In this document: piece after piece, positions 50,801 to 64,000 of the stretch
Numbering within the stretch: position 1 is the stretch's first letter
Layout of the letters: each line of letters opens with the position of its first letter
Source of the DNA: Balanoglossus misakiensis
Taxonomy: Eukaryota; Animalia; Hemichordata
Assembly: GCA_040954595.2 (NCBI GenBank)
Contig: CM082593.2
Location: 3,489,434 to 3,553,433, forward strand
DNA length: 64,000 nucleotides
Reading direction: 5' to 3'
Made by a program: the position numbers and the translations under genes
Notes under the pieces: generated by a model
The model's database searches: none
The model's input: only the letters and a program-made list of their open reading frames with translations
What the model was told of the DNA's origin: nothing

Positions 50801-53800
50801 ATTTCATATATAACATCTTACAACCTCAGGTGAAGAACACACCCCTCCATGCACTGAAATGTCAAGAACCAGAGAAGATGTTCAGTGCGACAAACAGGGA
50901 TACTTCAAGCACAAGCAATGTGATGGCGAGGAATGCTTCTGTGTTAATAAGTGTGGAACTGAGATCGAAGGAACACGCACGAATGAAAACCCTCGGTGTA
51001 GTAAGTAGTTGCATTTGCGTGCTTTGACAAGCCTTCAAAACATCCTTCAAAAGATATTCTCAGATATTCTTTAAGTGTTTTTCTTGTTATGTGCTGTTGA
51101 AGGCTTTATACAAGGGTATAAATGTGGTAAAAAGAAATTATAAAATCATGTAAAAGTCAAATGATAGGTCATAGGAGTCCTATACAGTTGCAGCATGGGA
51201 AATTTCCACTTCACTGTGTCTGTTCATTCACCACATGTTTGTGTCGATCGACAGAGGCCCTCTTTTACCGCAACACCGAAAACGAAGAAGAGCAGATCGA
51301 TGACATCACGAGGCTGAGCAGCACCTGCGCCGACAACTCACACCCAGACGTTTGCGACAGCAGCGTTTGCGACAGCATGACCTGCCCGGGATTCGAGAAC
51401 GCCAGGTGCAAACCCAACAGGTGTAAGGGGTGCGTGGTGGAGTTCTACAACGACAACGGTGTTAAAGTCCATTGCAATGATGGTATGTTGGAGCTTTGTC
51501 ACCCCAGACTTTGAATGAATGTGGTTTGGTCCTGCGGTCCCCTCTTGATTAAACTGTCACAAAAAGATTCTGCACTTATCCTTTGACTAGAGGGCTATTT
51601 AACGTTCTGTATTTGACTTTCAGCTAAAATTGGAGTGTGTCCAACGACAGATTATGTGAAATTCCTGATCGGAAACAAATGTACGACAAAATGCGACTCT
51701 GACCGCGATTGTAATGGCGCACTCAAGTGTTGTAGCAGTGGCTGTGGAACCGAGTGTGTGCCACCAAAAATGGGTAAGTTTATGTCATCCAGTTTAGACT
51801 GGTTCAAATTTTTTCTTAGGACTGCATTCAAAACTACTGTTTCAAGTACCATTGTGAGGGTACAATTTTTGGTGTGTGACTAAAAAATGATTTTTTCTTG
51901 ACTCAGACAAACATGGCAGTTGCCCACTGCCTATCACCATTGAAGATGAAACCTGCACTGAGAAGTGTAACATTGACAACGATTGCTCACGTGATGAGAA
52001 ATGTTGCTCCAATGGATGTGGCAAAGTCTGTGTCACAGCCAAACCAAGAGGTAAGCTGTCTAGACAAGAAAATTTACTCACAACTGCACATATAATTCTG
52101 CATCAAAAGGGTAGAGGTCCATAATCGTCACTGACATAAATATCTTGATTAAAACGTGATGACATTATTAAATTCATGTATATTCACTTGAAGAGGTTTA
52201 AGTGTCTACACAACCCATCAATTTCTCTGTTTTGAATCTTACAGAGAAGTCTGGTACCTGCCCCTCTAGAACAACTCTCCAATTCAGTACATGTGACACG
52301 GAATGCAGTACCGACAACGACTGCAAAGGCACACAGAAATGCTGCCAGACGGTCTGTGGAACCATGTGCACTGCACCAGAAACCAAAGGTAAGCAGTCAA
52401 CTGACAAAAGAGAGCTGGGGAAGTTGAAACAGCCAGACAGCCGTGGATAAGAAAAGGAATTTGCTCACCCCAACATTCATGAGTACAACTGATCTACTTA
52501 CAGATACCCCAAACAGACCCCGCAACTCAGAAGAGGTGTGTCCAGCCGTTCCCAGGGGAACCATGGGTAGCTGCGTAAATCGATGCGGAGAAGACAGCGA
52601 GTGCGAAATGGGAGAGAAATGCTGTTCCAACGGCTGTGGCACTCGATGTATGAAAACTGTCAAGAAAGGTGGGTTTATCTTGGATATCATCTTGACTTTG
52701 AGAAGATGTGACAGCGATACTGTCTATATAGGTTTGCATGTATCATGAGTATCCTAAGTTCAGTAAAGTTCTACCAAAATACTGACTAGGCTCTGCTTAT
52801 ATACCTCCACTGTAGCCACACCGCCATGCTGGGCCGAGAAGGAGAACACCCCGACAACCATGTTTGGTGGCATCTCCATGCCAGTGCTGGGCACCCACTA
52901 CCCGACGTGTGACTCAGAAGGATTCCACACACCCAAACAGTGCGACACCTCCAGCGGAATCTGCTGGTGCGTTGACAGCTGTGGTATGCCCATCAACAGG
53001 ACCCACACAACTGGATCATTAAACTGTGGTATGTCTTGTGATTTTGTCCCTTGGTTTTTCAGATTAATTTTGCAAGATTAATTTTGATGTCAAATTACTT
53101 GAAATTCTGTCTGAAATTCTAAAGTTATGAATAATTAAATTTACATTGAGATGTTTAATTTAGAATATAATAATATCCCCCTCATATTGAAAAAAACATT
53201 TTGTGATACCTTTGCAGAAGCCAAAGAGACACCATGTCACGACAGACGACGGGATCTGATGACCCTGGCTCCTCTCCTGGGAAGATTCCGTGTTCAGTGC
53301 ATGAACGACGGATACTTTGAATCCAGACAGTGTCACGGATCCACCTGCTGGTGCACAGATAAATGTGGCAATGAAATCATCGGAACTCGTGGCCATCTGA
53401 CACAAATATCATGTGGTAAGTTCCTGTTCTGTTCTGTTTGTTGATGTATATTATCTTGACATATCATATCTAGACATATGCAATTGGAGAGCAAAATATG
53501 TGCAAAAGTAAAAGTTCAACTCTCATTTTTTCAAATCTTTCATGGTCTCTGTTTTCTCAATCCCAGAATGCACCAATGGAGAGCGTGCTTGGAAGTGTGC
53601 CAAGAATCCGTGTGATGGTGTCACATGTTCTGCCTTCCCTGATGCTGTCTGCAAGCCCAACATGTGCGGTGGTTGTAAAGCTGAGTTCTGGAGGGACGAC
53701 GAAAAAGTCAACTGTGAAATGAGTAAGTTGTTGAAATACTAACTTTTAGTTACTTTATAACCCTGGCATTTTCCTGTGCGTGTGATAGACAACAGATACC

Positions 53801-56800
53801 CAATGAATGATGGAGGTGATAGTCAGCTGACAGAAGTTGACCAATCAGCAATGTCTGCTAATCCCAGTTAGTTAATTATTCATTAGCCAGCTGCCAACTT
53901 TTGGCCAATCAGCAGTGTGCACTACTGCAGGTACCAGGTATGCCCATCACCTTCTTTGAGATGGTTAAAGCTGTTTCTGCAAAACATGTGACTAACAAGC
54001 TTGTTTTTCATTTGACAGTCAAGAATGGTCGATGCCCAATGACCACTGACATGCCAACTTCATGCTCCAGTGATTGTACAACTGATACTGACTGCCCAGG
54101 AACACGTAAATGTTGCAACAATGGCTGTGCTTCTATCTGTGTCAGCCCAGTCCCAGAAGGTGAGTTCATGTAAACATGATGATGGTGGTTTGGTGGTGAT
54201 GATGATGATGGTTACATGTATGTGTTGACATCAAATAAACTAGATAAAATATGTGATTTTTCATTTCTGGTATCAACAGAAAAACATGGCAGTTGTCCCA
54301 CCATCTCCTTGGATACCATTGGCGTCTGCTCCACTGAATGTACCTCCGACAACGATTGCCATGACAACCACAAATGCTGCTTCAATGGATGCGGCAGAAC
54401 ATGTATGATGCCAACAATCAAGAGTGAGTAAAATCTGTTGAATTTGCGTCACATTTTTACAAAAATTGACAGTTATACATGAAGTCAGATTTTGATAGCC
54501 TGTCACGGAATATCATTAACCTTTCACAGCGATTCCGTTATCAAGGCATTGATTTTTTTCTCCGATTTCTTCCACAGCCAACACTGGAACGTGTCCAGTT
54601 CCATGGCAGATGTGCTCCGAGGACGAGAAAATCGACGAGTGCTGGGTGGACGGTGAGTGCGGATCGCTCCGTAAATGTTGCGAGAGTGGATGCGGCAAGC
54701 GGTGTACATCCAGCCGTGGCGTAACCACGACAACATCCTCAAAAAAGACCTCTTATCATACAACCTTTGAGTTGTTGAGCAAGACCGGTGGATCAGAGGG
54801 TGCTGATCTTGTTACAGGTAGGAACTAAAAAAAATTTTAATCTGTCCAGCAGAGACGAAAAAATCTTAAAGGTGGATGGATTTGAGTTTCCAACTCTTTT
54901 AAATTTAAAATCTCTATGGTGGTAAATACATGTATTTTTTCCTCCTATTTTAAAAGCAATGTGCCAGAGGATTAAGTTATGGAAATCTTCATTTTATTTT
55001 CTATTTTGTTTCTGGTTTCAGTGAAATATGGCACGTGCCCAAGTCCCTCTATCTTCAAGTGTGAATACATCAACGAATGCAACATGGACAGTGACTGTAC
55101 TGAGAACAAGAAATGCTGCAGTAATGGCTGTGGCAAAGTCTGTTCCTCTCCACAAACAATGGGTATGTCAGTTTTGAATTTCAAACATAAAACAATAAGA
55201 AAATGTTTAAGTCTCACATACTACATGTACATGTGTATGACAATCTTTCTTTACGATCTTATTTCATATCTGTTAAATGTATATTTTTCTTTCAGCCAAA
55301 TATGGTCAGTGTCCACGCAATGTGATCACATCAGAGACTTGCACTGCAGACACTATCTTCCATCACGAGTGTGAAGTGGACGATCAGTGTTCAGGAACCA
55401 AGAAATGTTGCATGAGAGGTTGCAGCCGGGTCTGCATGGATGTCTGGGAAAATGGTATGTACAAATAATTTATCAGATAATTCCTTTTTTGCTACCTAAC
55501 AATGTAGACAAATTTCGTTTTATGTCCTTTGAATTCTGATTTGCTTCCTGTCCTGTCTTCCAGTGAAAGTTGGCCAGTGTCCAGCGATGACCGCAGAAGA
55601 GTACGACACCTGTAAGACCGACAGAGACTGCTACATCGACAGCGACTGCAGCAGGAACAAGAAATGCTGCAACACTCCCTGCGGTGGCACGACATGCAAG
55701 AACCCAACAACTACATCCAGTGAGTTGACCATCTCTAATTGATAACTGATTGTGACAGTAAAACTCGTCTAAAGTAAACCCTTTCTAATCCGGAAACTGT
55801 CTTTCACAACACAAAGAACCTCTGCAAACCAAACATGTTCTCAGTCCATGGATAGTTCAGGTCTATTTTGTAGGAGGGGTGGCATGTTGTACACCTGTAT
55901 TAACCATGCATCCATTTTCTCTAGCTGAAACCTGTGTGCACAATGGAATGACCCGTGTCCATGGCGATGTGTGGCAGCCCGATACCTGCACTACATGTAA
56001 ATGTTGGAATGGTCAGACAAAATGTACCCCCATGACGTGTCCAAGACTGGAGTATGACTGTGTGGCACACCCTGTTGAAGGCCAGTGCTGTCCTACACAC
56101 ACTTGCGTCAAGACCTCCTTTGAATTCTGTAAGTGGACTTGAAAATTCCCTGTTTATTTTTGGTTTATATAGGTAAACATCGTGTTGTTTACTTATGCAT
56201 TACTTTGTTTAAGTTCCATTAAAGTCATACTGGTATATATGGGAAATAAAAACACTGGTGTTAAGATGACAGTAAGTTGTTTTTGATCTAGTAACTGGAT
56301 CTTTTGGCCTTTTGTTGTTGCCACAGTGAAGTGTGAGGAAGGCGATGGAACCAAACATGCACACGCAGACACCTGGTATCCTGATGAATGCACGCAGTGT
56401 TTGTGCGAGGACGGTGACATCTGGTGTTCCAGATCCACCTGCACCAGCGACATGTCTCTCACCGACAAACCAGGCTGCCGATTGGTCGAGGTGCCCGGAC
56501 GTTGCTGCCCGGAAGTTGTGTGTGAAGATCGTACGTGGACAAAAATTATCAAATTTCTGATTATTATCTCTGTTTGAGGTTTGGTGAATTTTTATGCGAA
56601 ATTGACTAAAATCTCAGAGTGTTTCACTGATGCACTTTTTTGTGATTTTCATTCTCAGGATGTGTCGATCACGAAGGCCACTACCGCTTCGAGAATGACA
56701 TCTGGTACACGGACCCCTGCACTAAATGTTCTTGCCACAGCAACCGAGTGATGTGTGTGAACGAGAGACATATGTGCCAGGCTATCACCCACACAGATGA

Positions 56801-59800
56801 GTGTCAGCTAGAAGAGGTCAAGGGCCAATGCTGCCCGAATGTCAATTGTCCAGAAGACTCTTGTAAGTAGTTTGAAAAATGTTGGAAAATTACAGATTGA
56901 CATATTCTGGAGCCAACAGTACACAGTTTTGGTTTGTCGTGTAACATGCACAAGATTTCTGAACGCCTGAAAACTTTTATTTCCAGCGGATGGGTCATTA
57001 TGCTGGGACGAAGGCAAGACCTACGGCCATGGAAGCAAATGGCAGAAGAACAGCGAAATGTGCGAGTGTAGAGACGGAAGAGTGAGTTGTAGAGATATGT
57101 CCGAAAATTGCCAAGATTACAATGAAGATATCCGAAGACGATGCACTCGTATGAACATCCCAGGCGCAATTTGCCCAGAGCTCGTCTGCAATGATGGTAG
57201 GTTCTTCCATAGCGCAAAGAAAACACTCGCCAATCTATGAGTTAATATATTCTCTAAACTTGCCTTTATCATCTTGCAGTCATTTCTAGTATAATCAAAG
57301 GTCATTTCAAAAGCTGGAGGTCTTAGTTTACAAAGTTCGCGTGAACGAATATCATGTAGAAACAGGATGACAATTCATAGACTCATAACTTTTTGAACTG
57401 ACGAATTTTGTCCAGAAGCGCTTAACGCTAGTTTCAGTTTTATGAAACGTGAATCTGGGTTTACGATACACCCACCCACCGCCTCTCAACTTTCCACCAG
57501 AACCAACTTGCTCGCACAATGGCGAGACTCATCACAGCGGAGAGACCTGGCACCCAGATACGTGCACAACCTGTTCATGCGACCAGGGTAAGATCAACTG
57601 TCTGGTCATCAACTGCCCACAACCGGGACCAGGATGCACTGCAAGATTTACCGACGGACAGTGCTGTGCTGAAATTACCTGCCCGACCTACCATCATGGT
57701 GAGAGAAAATACTGGCAGAATTTGCGTATTATTTTTATTTAGCATATTAAAGGGACAAAGTCTCTCTCCAGCTGCCCCTTTTCCATTAATTATGTTTGAT
57801 ACAAGACACCATTTATGTTAATGTTAATGTGGATATATAGTGAATCAATGATCAACCACACAAAACTTCCATCCCACTTGTATGATATGAGAGTAAAAAC
57901 TCGCCCAAAATGAATAAATGGTAAAGAACGATTATTCATTTTGGCGAGTTTTTTCACTCTCCTGTCTATAAGAGGGATGGAAGTTGTGTGTGGTTGAACG
58001 TTCATTCACTATATATCCACATGTAGAATAACAAACGGTGTCTTGTATCAAATATAATTAATGGAAAAAAGGGCAGCGAGAGAGAGACTTTGTCCCTTTA
58101 AGTTGATCAAATTTGCATATTGAGTATGATTGCCAAATGTAAATGTATTAGGGCTATGTCTGAGAAAAAAAATGACAATATCGTTTTTTGATTTTTCAGT
58201 TCCATTGTGCAACAGCACAGGTGTCTGGCGTACGGACAGTGAGACTTGGCTCGAGAATGACTGTGACGTCTGCACCTGCCACAACGGCCTGACAACCTGT
58301 ACACCCATTGAATGTCCCAATGTGACCCCAACTCCTGGCTGTCATATTATCTACGAGGATGGCCAGTGTTGCCCAGTCAAGGTGTGCCGTGGATCAGGTG
58401 GGTTTGTCGCATTGACTGGGTATTGTAGAACGTTGTTGGTTGTGTTTATAATCTGATTAAAATCAGATGTAGAGTTAGGTGCTGGCGATAGTGTTGGCTT
58501 ATTCTGTGCTCTCTGCTTTGGCTGCTGTTCTCTGTCTTGGCTGTTCTTGAGTGTACGTGCCACTCTTACGAACAGGACAGCAAAGAATCAGAAAAACAGT
58601 GCCTAACTCTACATCTGAACGAAATATTTATTTATATGGATTTATTTACTTTTTTTATAGGAGACACATGTATCCATGAAGGCAAGCAATACATGGATGG
58701 AGAAAGCTTCAACATTGACACTCCTGATGTGAATATTAACGACCTGTACACCAGCCGAACCAAGATGGTGTCCACAGGATGCTCAACGTGCACCTGCGTC
58801 AAGGGACGCATCTCCTGCATGGTCAACGTGTGCCCACAGGCGCGCCCCGATTGTCGTGTCACCGAGAACGACGTTGCCGATCGTTGCAGCTGCCCGACCA
58901 TTGTCTGTCCAGAAAGTAAGTCACAGAGATGGATGACTTCTGAATTAAAAACAATATATGTGTTGGAATTCACGGTTCCTTTCGGAAAGACAATACACAC
59001 TGATTAAACTTGAAATTTGTTTTTTTTTCCTGTTTCAGAGAAGTTAGGGTTTTGTCCTATCCCTGACATCAACTTTGTCAGTACTTGCGACAGTGAGTGT
59101 GATGCTGATACGGACTGTACCTCGGACACTAAATGCTGCTTTAATGGCTGTGGAATGAGTTGCACCAAGCCGGTCATTGAAGGTAAAAGTTTTCACTTTT
59201 TCAGAAGGTTTTGAAATCTGTTATAGCTATGGGTGTTTCTCTGGGCTTCTGTATGACTGTCCTATCTGATTTCCATACTTTCTCCTCAGGTTGCTTCGAC
59301 TCCCAAGGAGTGAAACGCGAGAATGGCGACATCTGGCACAAGGACAACTGCGTAGAGTGCAAATGCGTCAACGACCAGTCCATCTGTTCGGAGACCAAGT
59401 GTCCCGAAGTGCCCTCCCACTGCACAGTCAAACCAGTGGTGGGACAGTGCTGTGGAGAGCTCATATGCCAGCCAACCTACCCTCTGACAAGTAAGTCCGA
59501 CTTACAGCTGTTGAGAGATACTCACAGTAGCTGATTAACTTTCTAATATCAAGCTATTGTGTACAGTTTTCTGGCTGGCATTGATGCAAGAGTCAGAATG
59601 TTGTCTCTGTTATCAATGAAAGCCGACAGACAGACCGACAGACAGATAGAGAGAGGGAGAGAGATTGTAGATAGATACAATACATGTACCCGTACATGTA
59701 GATCTAAGAAACAGACAGGATTACCCAATGTGGTCATATTTTCTAAATCAGAGTTCATTTCTGTGCTTTTCCCCTTTCTTTCTTTCTCTGCACACTTCTC

Positions 59801-62800
59801 CATCCAGCCTGTACCTACAACAACGTGATTTACACCGAAAGCAGCACCTGGGTGGTTGACAACTGCAACAAATGCAAGTGTGTCAATGGAGAGGCAGTCT
59901 GTGACAAGCAGGGCTGTCCAACCACCAATGTCCCTGGCTGCAGACCGGTCTATGTGGCAGGAAAATGCTGCCCTGAGAAAGTTTGCAGGGAACGTGAGTA
60001 TAGCTCAGTGGCATGAGATTGCATGAAAAGACTGAAAGAGATCTAGTCTGTCACCATGCAAAATAAAGTTCCTATACAGAACAAATTTATAACTGGTACA
60101 TAAAGTCCACAATTGACCACTACATTTTATCACCAAGTGAAGTGTTGATCCAATGAAAGCTCGGCTTCCAGATCAATTCAATCACAATTTGGCTGTAAGT
60201 CCATTACATATCTGTCTTGTGTGATTTTACTGGTGTTTCCTGCTGTTAAAATTTTCTGCGATTGGTCATTTTGTCAAATTTTAAATCCATTCTGCTTTGA
60301 TTTGACAGCCAACAGCTGTGAGGTGAACAACAAAATCTACTTGAACGGAGAGAGTTGGTATTTGAACCAATGCAACATGTGCCACTGTGTCAACGGCGAA
60401 CACTTCTGCACAGAGATGAAATGCCCCGAAGTCAAACGCGGGTGTCGCATGGAGGAACCCGAAGCAGACCAGTGCTGCGGAGAAGTCAAATGTGAAGAGT
60501 CATGTAAGACTGAATTTAGATAAGATTTTGAATTTTACCGGTACATTCTCAAACCAGAAACATTTTAGTATCAATGCATGGTATTCAAAATATAATTTCA
60601 TGAATATTCACTTGATTCTGAAATTTCGACCAAGACCTGCGTGCCCTTAAAGTTGTATCGTATTTCCTGCAGCTTCGACTGAGAACTGTGAGGTGGACGG
60701 CGTTACAAAGACCGAGAATGAAGTCTGGATGAAGGATCCGTGCACTGCCTGCACTTGCAAGGAAGGCAAGACAATCTGCGCCACTACGACTTGCGCCAAG
60801 ATGAGTCTGCGTCCAGGATGCCGGGCTGTCCCGGTTACCGGACAGTGCTGCCCGGAAATTGTGTGTCATGATGGTAAGTCCGTAATGATAAGGAACGGAT
60901 TTTAACAATCGTTGAGAACGTTATTTTGACTGAAATTGGCATTTTGTAAGATTATTTACAGACCCTATAAATTTTTCTGTTGTGTTGCATGGTTATACCG
61001 TACGTATAACAGTTCATTAAGTTTAGATAAAAAATCTGTGACTCACAAAAATACGTACAGATATAGAAACTTGTTCAATGGAAGTCTTTGCAGAATTCCA
61101 AATAATGAATGTGTGAGGGTTGAAGTTAACAAAAATTTTCTGGTTGTACTTACAGTTCAGAGCTGTATCGTTGATGGAGTGGAACATCGCAACGGTGAAC
61201 AGTGGCTGCATGATGAGTGTACGATGTGTCGCTGTGAGCATGGAAACAAGTACTGCACAACCAAGACGTGTACGGAACCTCCAGTCAACTGTGACTATGC
61301 TGCAACTAGGGAGCCTGGTAAATGCTGCCCTAACATCATCTGTCCAGAGTCACAATGTAAGTCTGTTTTGAGAAAAAAAAGTGAAAATATCTAATTTAAG
61401 TTGATATTTACTTTCAAGCTTTTAGTTTATCAATGTCACTGTGAGTGTCTGATTCCATTTTAAGTAACTTTCGATCACTGGCGATCATTATCTTGACTTG
61501 TATTTCACTCATTGCAGATAACGAAGTCTGCACTGACGAAGTCAAGCACAGGATGAAGACGTTCAACCACGGCGAAACCTGGATGAGAAATTGCTGTACT
61601 CAGTGTACATGCACCCATGGTGTCTCCACGTGCAACACACAGAGCTGTCCCATGACAGTGTCCCCGGGCTGCCGTACTGTTCTGACCGAGGGACAGTGCT
61701 GTCCAAACATCGTATGCGATCCAGGTATTAGTTATCTCTAAATTCTCACCCTTTCACCCCCATGGCCTTGTATATGAAGCGGAGTAATTAAACAGGAAAG
61801 GAGTATTCTGACTTTAATTTGATTCAATTCTTTTATAAACAGTCAAAACTGGTCAGTGTCCAATAGTCAATCCATTCATGCCACAAACTGTTACCAAGGA
61901 TACCTGCTCGTCTGATATGGACTGCCCTGGAAAGACAAAATGCTGCTCCAATGGTGTGGCTCGTGCTTGCATGGCGTCGTGGACGACCGAGAAACCAGGT
62001 GTCTGTCCCCGAACGGACGCCCTCAACTTCCCGCTTCGCAGCACGTGTATGACAGAGTGCACCACGGATACCGACTGCGTCAGTGAATGGAAGTGTTGCT
62101 CCGATGGTGGTTGTAGTATGATCTGCCGACCTCCCGTGGCAACAGCCACCGACGACACCATGGAAACCAAGATGGTGGCCCAGCACGGCGAGACCAAGAC
62201 AACCAGCATGCTGATTGGCTCAAGTAAGCAAACCTGCCATTCAAACCAAATATGCCCCCTTTTCATTGTTTCCAACTTTGATTCACTTGATGTGAGTTCT
62301 ACCGTACATGCATGGTTCTGGAATCTTGTGTCATCTCCAGTGGCTCTAAAGACTCAAATTTTAGCTCTAACAGTTTCCTCTGAATTTTCTTTGTACCTCC
62401 ACACAGCCAAGTCAGGAGATTGTCCCAACATTGCACCGTACGGCTGGAACTTCCAAGTCTGCATTTCTCACTGTAATGTGGACATCGACTGCCCCGGCGA
62501 TAACAAGTGTTGTTCCAATGGATGCGGAAGTCAGTGTATGCCACCAATGAACCCCAGTAAGTACAGTAATATATCTTTTGGGAGATTGGCTATTGTTACT
62601 TCTTACTGTCACTGTTCTAGCCACAGTGTAACTTAATTATATAAGACCCATCGCAAAACTTGCCATTCACAATCCAATCATCTCATTGGTTCACAGCTAA
62701 ATTCGGCATGTGCCCGATGAACCAACCACGTCAGAGGTGCGACAGCACAGTCCACAGTTCATGCATGGAAGATTCCGACTGCATGGGCAACAAGAAATGC

Positions 62801-63919
62801 TGCAATACTGGCTGCGGTCTGCAGTGTGTCGTCCCTGATGTTGACAGTGAGTCTACTGTCTGGTCGTTCTATCATAGGACATTTTTCATGCTTTAGAATG
62901 AAAAAGGGGTTTTATATAGTCCTATATCCCACTTTCATGACCCATGAATATCCTTACATCAAATGAGATTCAAAAGTAGCCTTTCAAAAGTCAGTTAATC
63001 ACTAGGCAGATTTATAATTAACTTGAGAGAAAGTGTCTATAATGGTTAAAACTTTCAGCTTCAAATTTCACAGCTGGAAACCATTCTGATTTTGTTTTCT
63101 GACTTGTGCTCATATCTATGGTATATTGTGCTCTTGGAAAAAACTGTTTCAACAAAAAAAATCTCACCCCCCCCCCTCCCTCCTTTCAGCAACCATTTGT
63201 CCATCCCTGCCAACTACTTGCACCAAGATCTGCACAGAGGGTTACGCCACCAACAGAGACGGTTGTGAAATCTGCAAGTGCAAGAAACCAGAGTCCAGAT
63301 GCAATGAAGTGACCTGTGATATGTTCTGTCAGTACGGATGGGCGACCGATTCCAACGGCTGCAACATCTGCTTGTGCAAAAAACCAAGTAAGTCAATCTC
63401 CCCTGAAAATTCTGAGAAGGGTCTGTTCTAAGTTACAGGGATGTTGCCATGAATTCATTGCTTGTGATTTGTCTGTTTAGTAATGGTTTCTTACTACGCT
63501 TGGCTTTCCTCACCAGTGATGCCCACAATGAACATGATGTCACCTATGATGAGTTCCGTGTTCTGTAAACCTATCACAAGAGAGACATGCAGAGTGTCCT
63601 GTACCTACGGCTATGCAACTGATTCTGTCGGATGCGAAGTCTGCAGCTGCAGGAAGCCTAGTAAGTGAACATGATCAATCATGATGGCACTAGCCCAGAT
63701 TTTGTCAAAGAAAATTAGTGAACTGCAAGTGATTTTTCATGGAGTGACGTTTACCAGGTGTAACAAGGTGGATATGCAAATTAGCAATAACTGATGGATA
63801 TTGGTTTTATTTTGTAACAGAGACTGGATGTACTCCTCTGACCACCTGTGCCCAATATTGCCCCTACGGCTATGCTACAAATATGGATGGATGTGACATG
63901 TGTATGTGCAAACAGCCAA
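47862..63919 (+). CDS. Large secreted cysteine-rich mosaic protein (thyroglobulin type-1, WAP, VWC and antistasin repeats); 3' end lies beyond the window
   Basis: Signal-peptide exon 47862-47912 (MKVLFVVLAVACVHGME) and a 28-nt micro-exon 49543-49570, followed by about 36 module exons. These are 4 Tg1 (QC..CWCV; about 50447, 50830, 52816, 53218), 2 six-Cys modules (51255, 53567), 15 WAP (CxxDxDCxxxxKCCxNGCG; 51624-55719, 59039, 61843-62847), 13 VWC (W..DxCTxCxC...CCP; 55925-61724) and 4 antistasin-like (CxxxCxYGYATDxxGCxxCxC; 63190-63919). A probable non-coding first exon ends at 45983. Confidence 0.88.
50278..50298. repeat. G21 homopolymer in an intron of the mosaic gene
   Basis: Run of 21 G. 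Confidence 0.9.
57751..58097. mobile_element. Palindromic MITE with TTAA target-site duplication and AGGG...CCCT termini (Kolobok/T2-MITE-like)
   Basis: TTAA at 57747-57750 and 58098-58101; termini AGGGACAAAGTCTCTCTC...GAGAGAGACTTTGTCCCT; inverted arms of about 165 bp with a spacer of about 13 nt; lies in the intron between two VWC exons. Confidence 0.85.
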
Positions 63920-64000
63920 GTGAGTAGAAGATAATTGCCGATTACTGGTTTACCGGTATAACTCCCATATACATATGCAAATTAGCTGGAGGAAAGTAAT

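Noticed and set aside
53820-53915. Two CCAATCAGC motifs in an intron, suggesting an internal promoter
   Set aside because: Short motifs with no other support; could be chance or a repeat remnant.
50487-63396. Minus-strand ORFs over the cysteine-rich gene
   Set aside because: They are antisense shadows of the WAP/VWC/Tg1 exons (recurrent QHF/HSLS patterns mirror KCC/SEC codons).

Overview
Eukaryotic, intron-rich animal genomic DNA (probably a marine invertebrate; this is an inference from gene content). (1) 1-27047: an array of about 307 copies of an 88-bp AT-rich, dyad-rich satellite. It switches orientation at a perfect palindromic junction centred at 4804/4805 and shows higher-order repeat structure. 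(2) 27204-36191, minus strand: a tandem cluster of secreted proteins that look like bacterial polar-amino-acid ABC-transporter substrate-binding proteins (HisJ/ArgT-like, SBP_bac_3) but carry 8 spliceosomal introns. There are two complete genes, one gene whose intron 6 runs into the satellite, and one orphan pseudo-exon. (3) GTF2H5, head-to-head with two tandem HADH paralogues. Each HADH has a duplicated, apparently mutually exclusive exon 7, and the first carries a +1 frameshift. (4) 47862 to the window end: a secreted cysteine-rich mosaic gene of at least 38 coding exons (thyroglobulin-1, WAP, VWC and antistasin modules) with a TTAA-flanked palindromic MITE in one intron. All exon coordinates were read by eye from splice signals and reading frame; no database searches were run.
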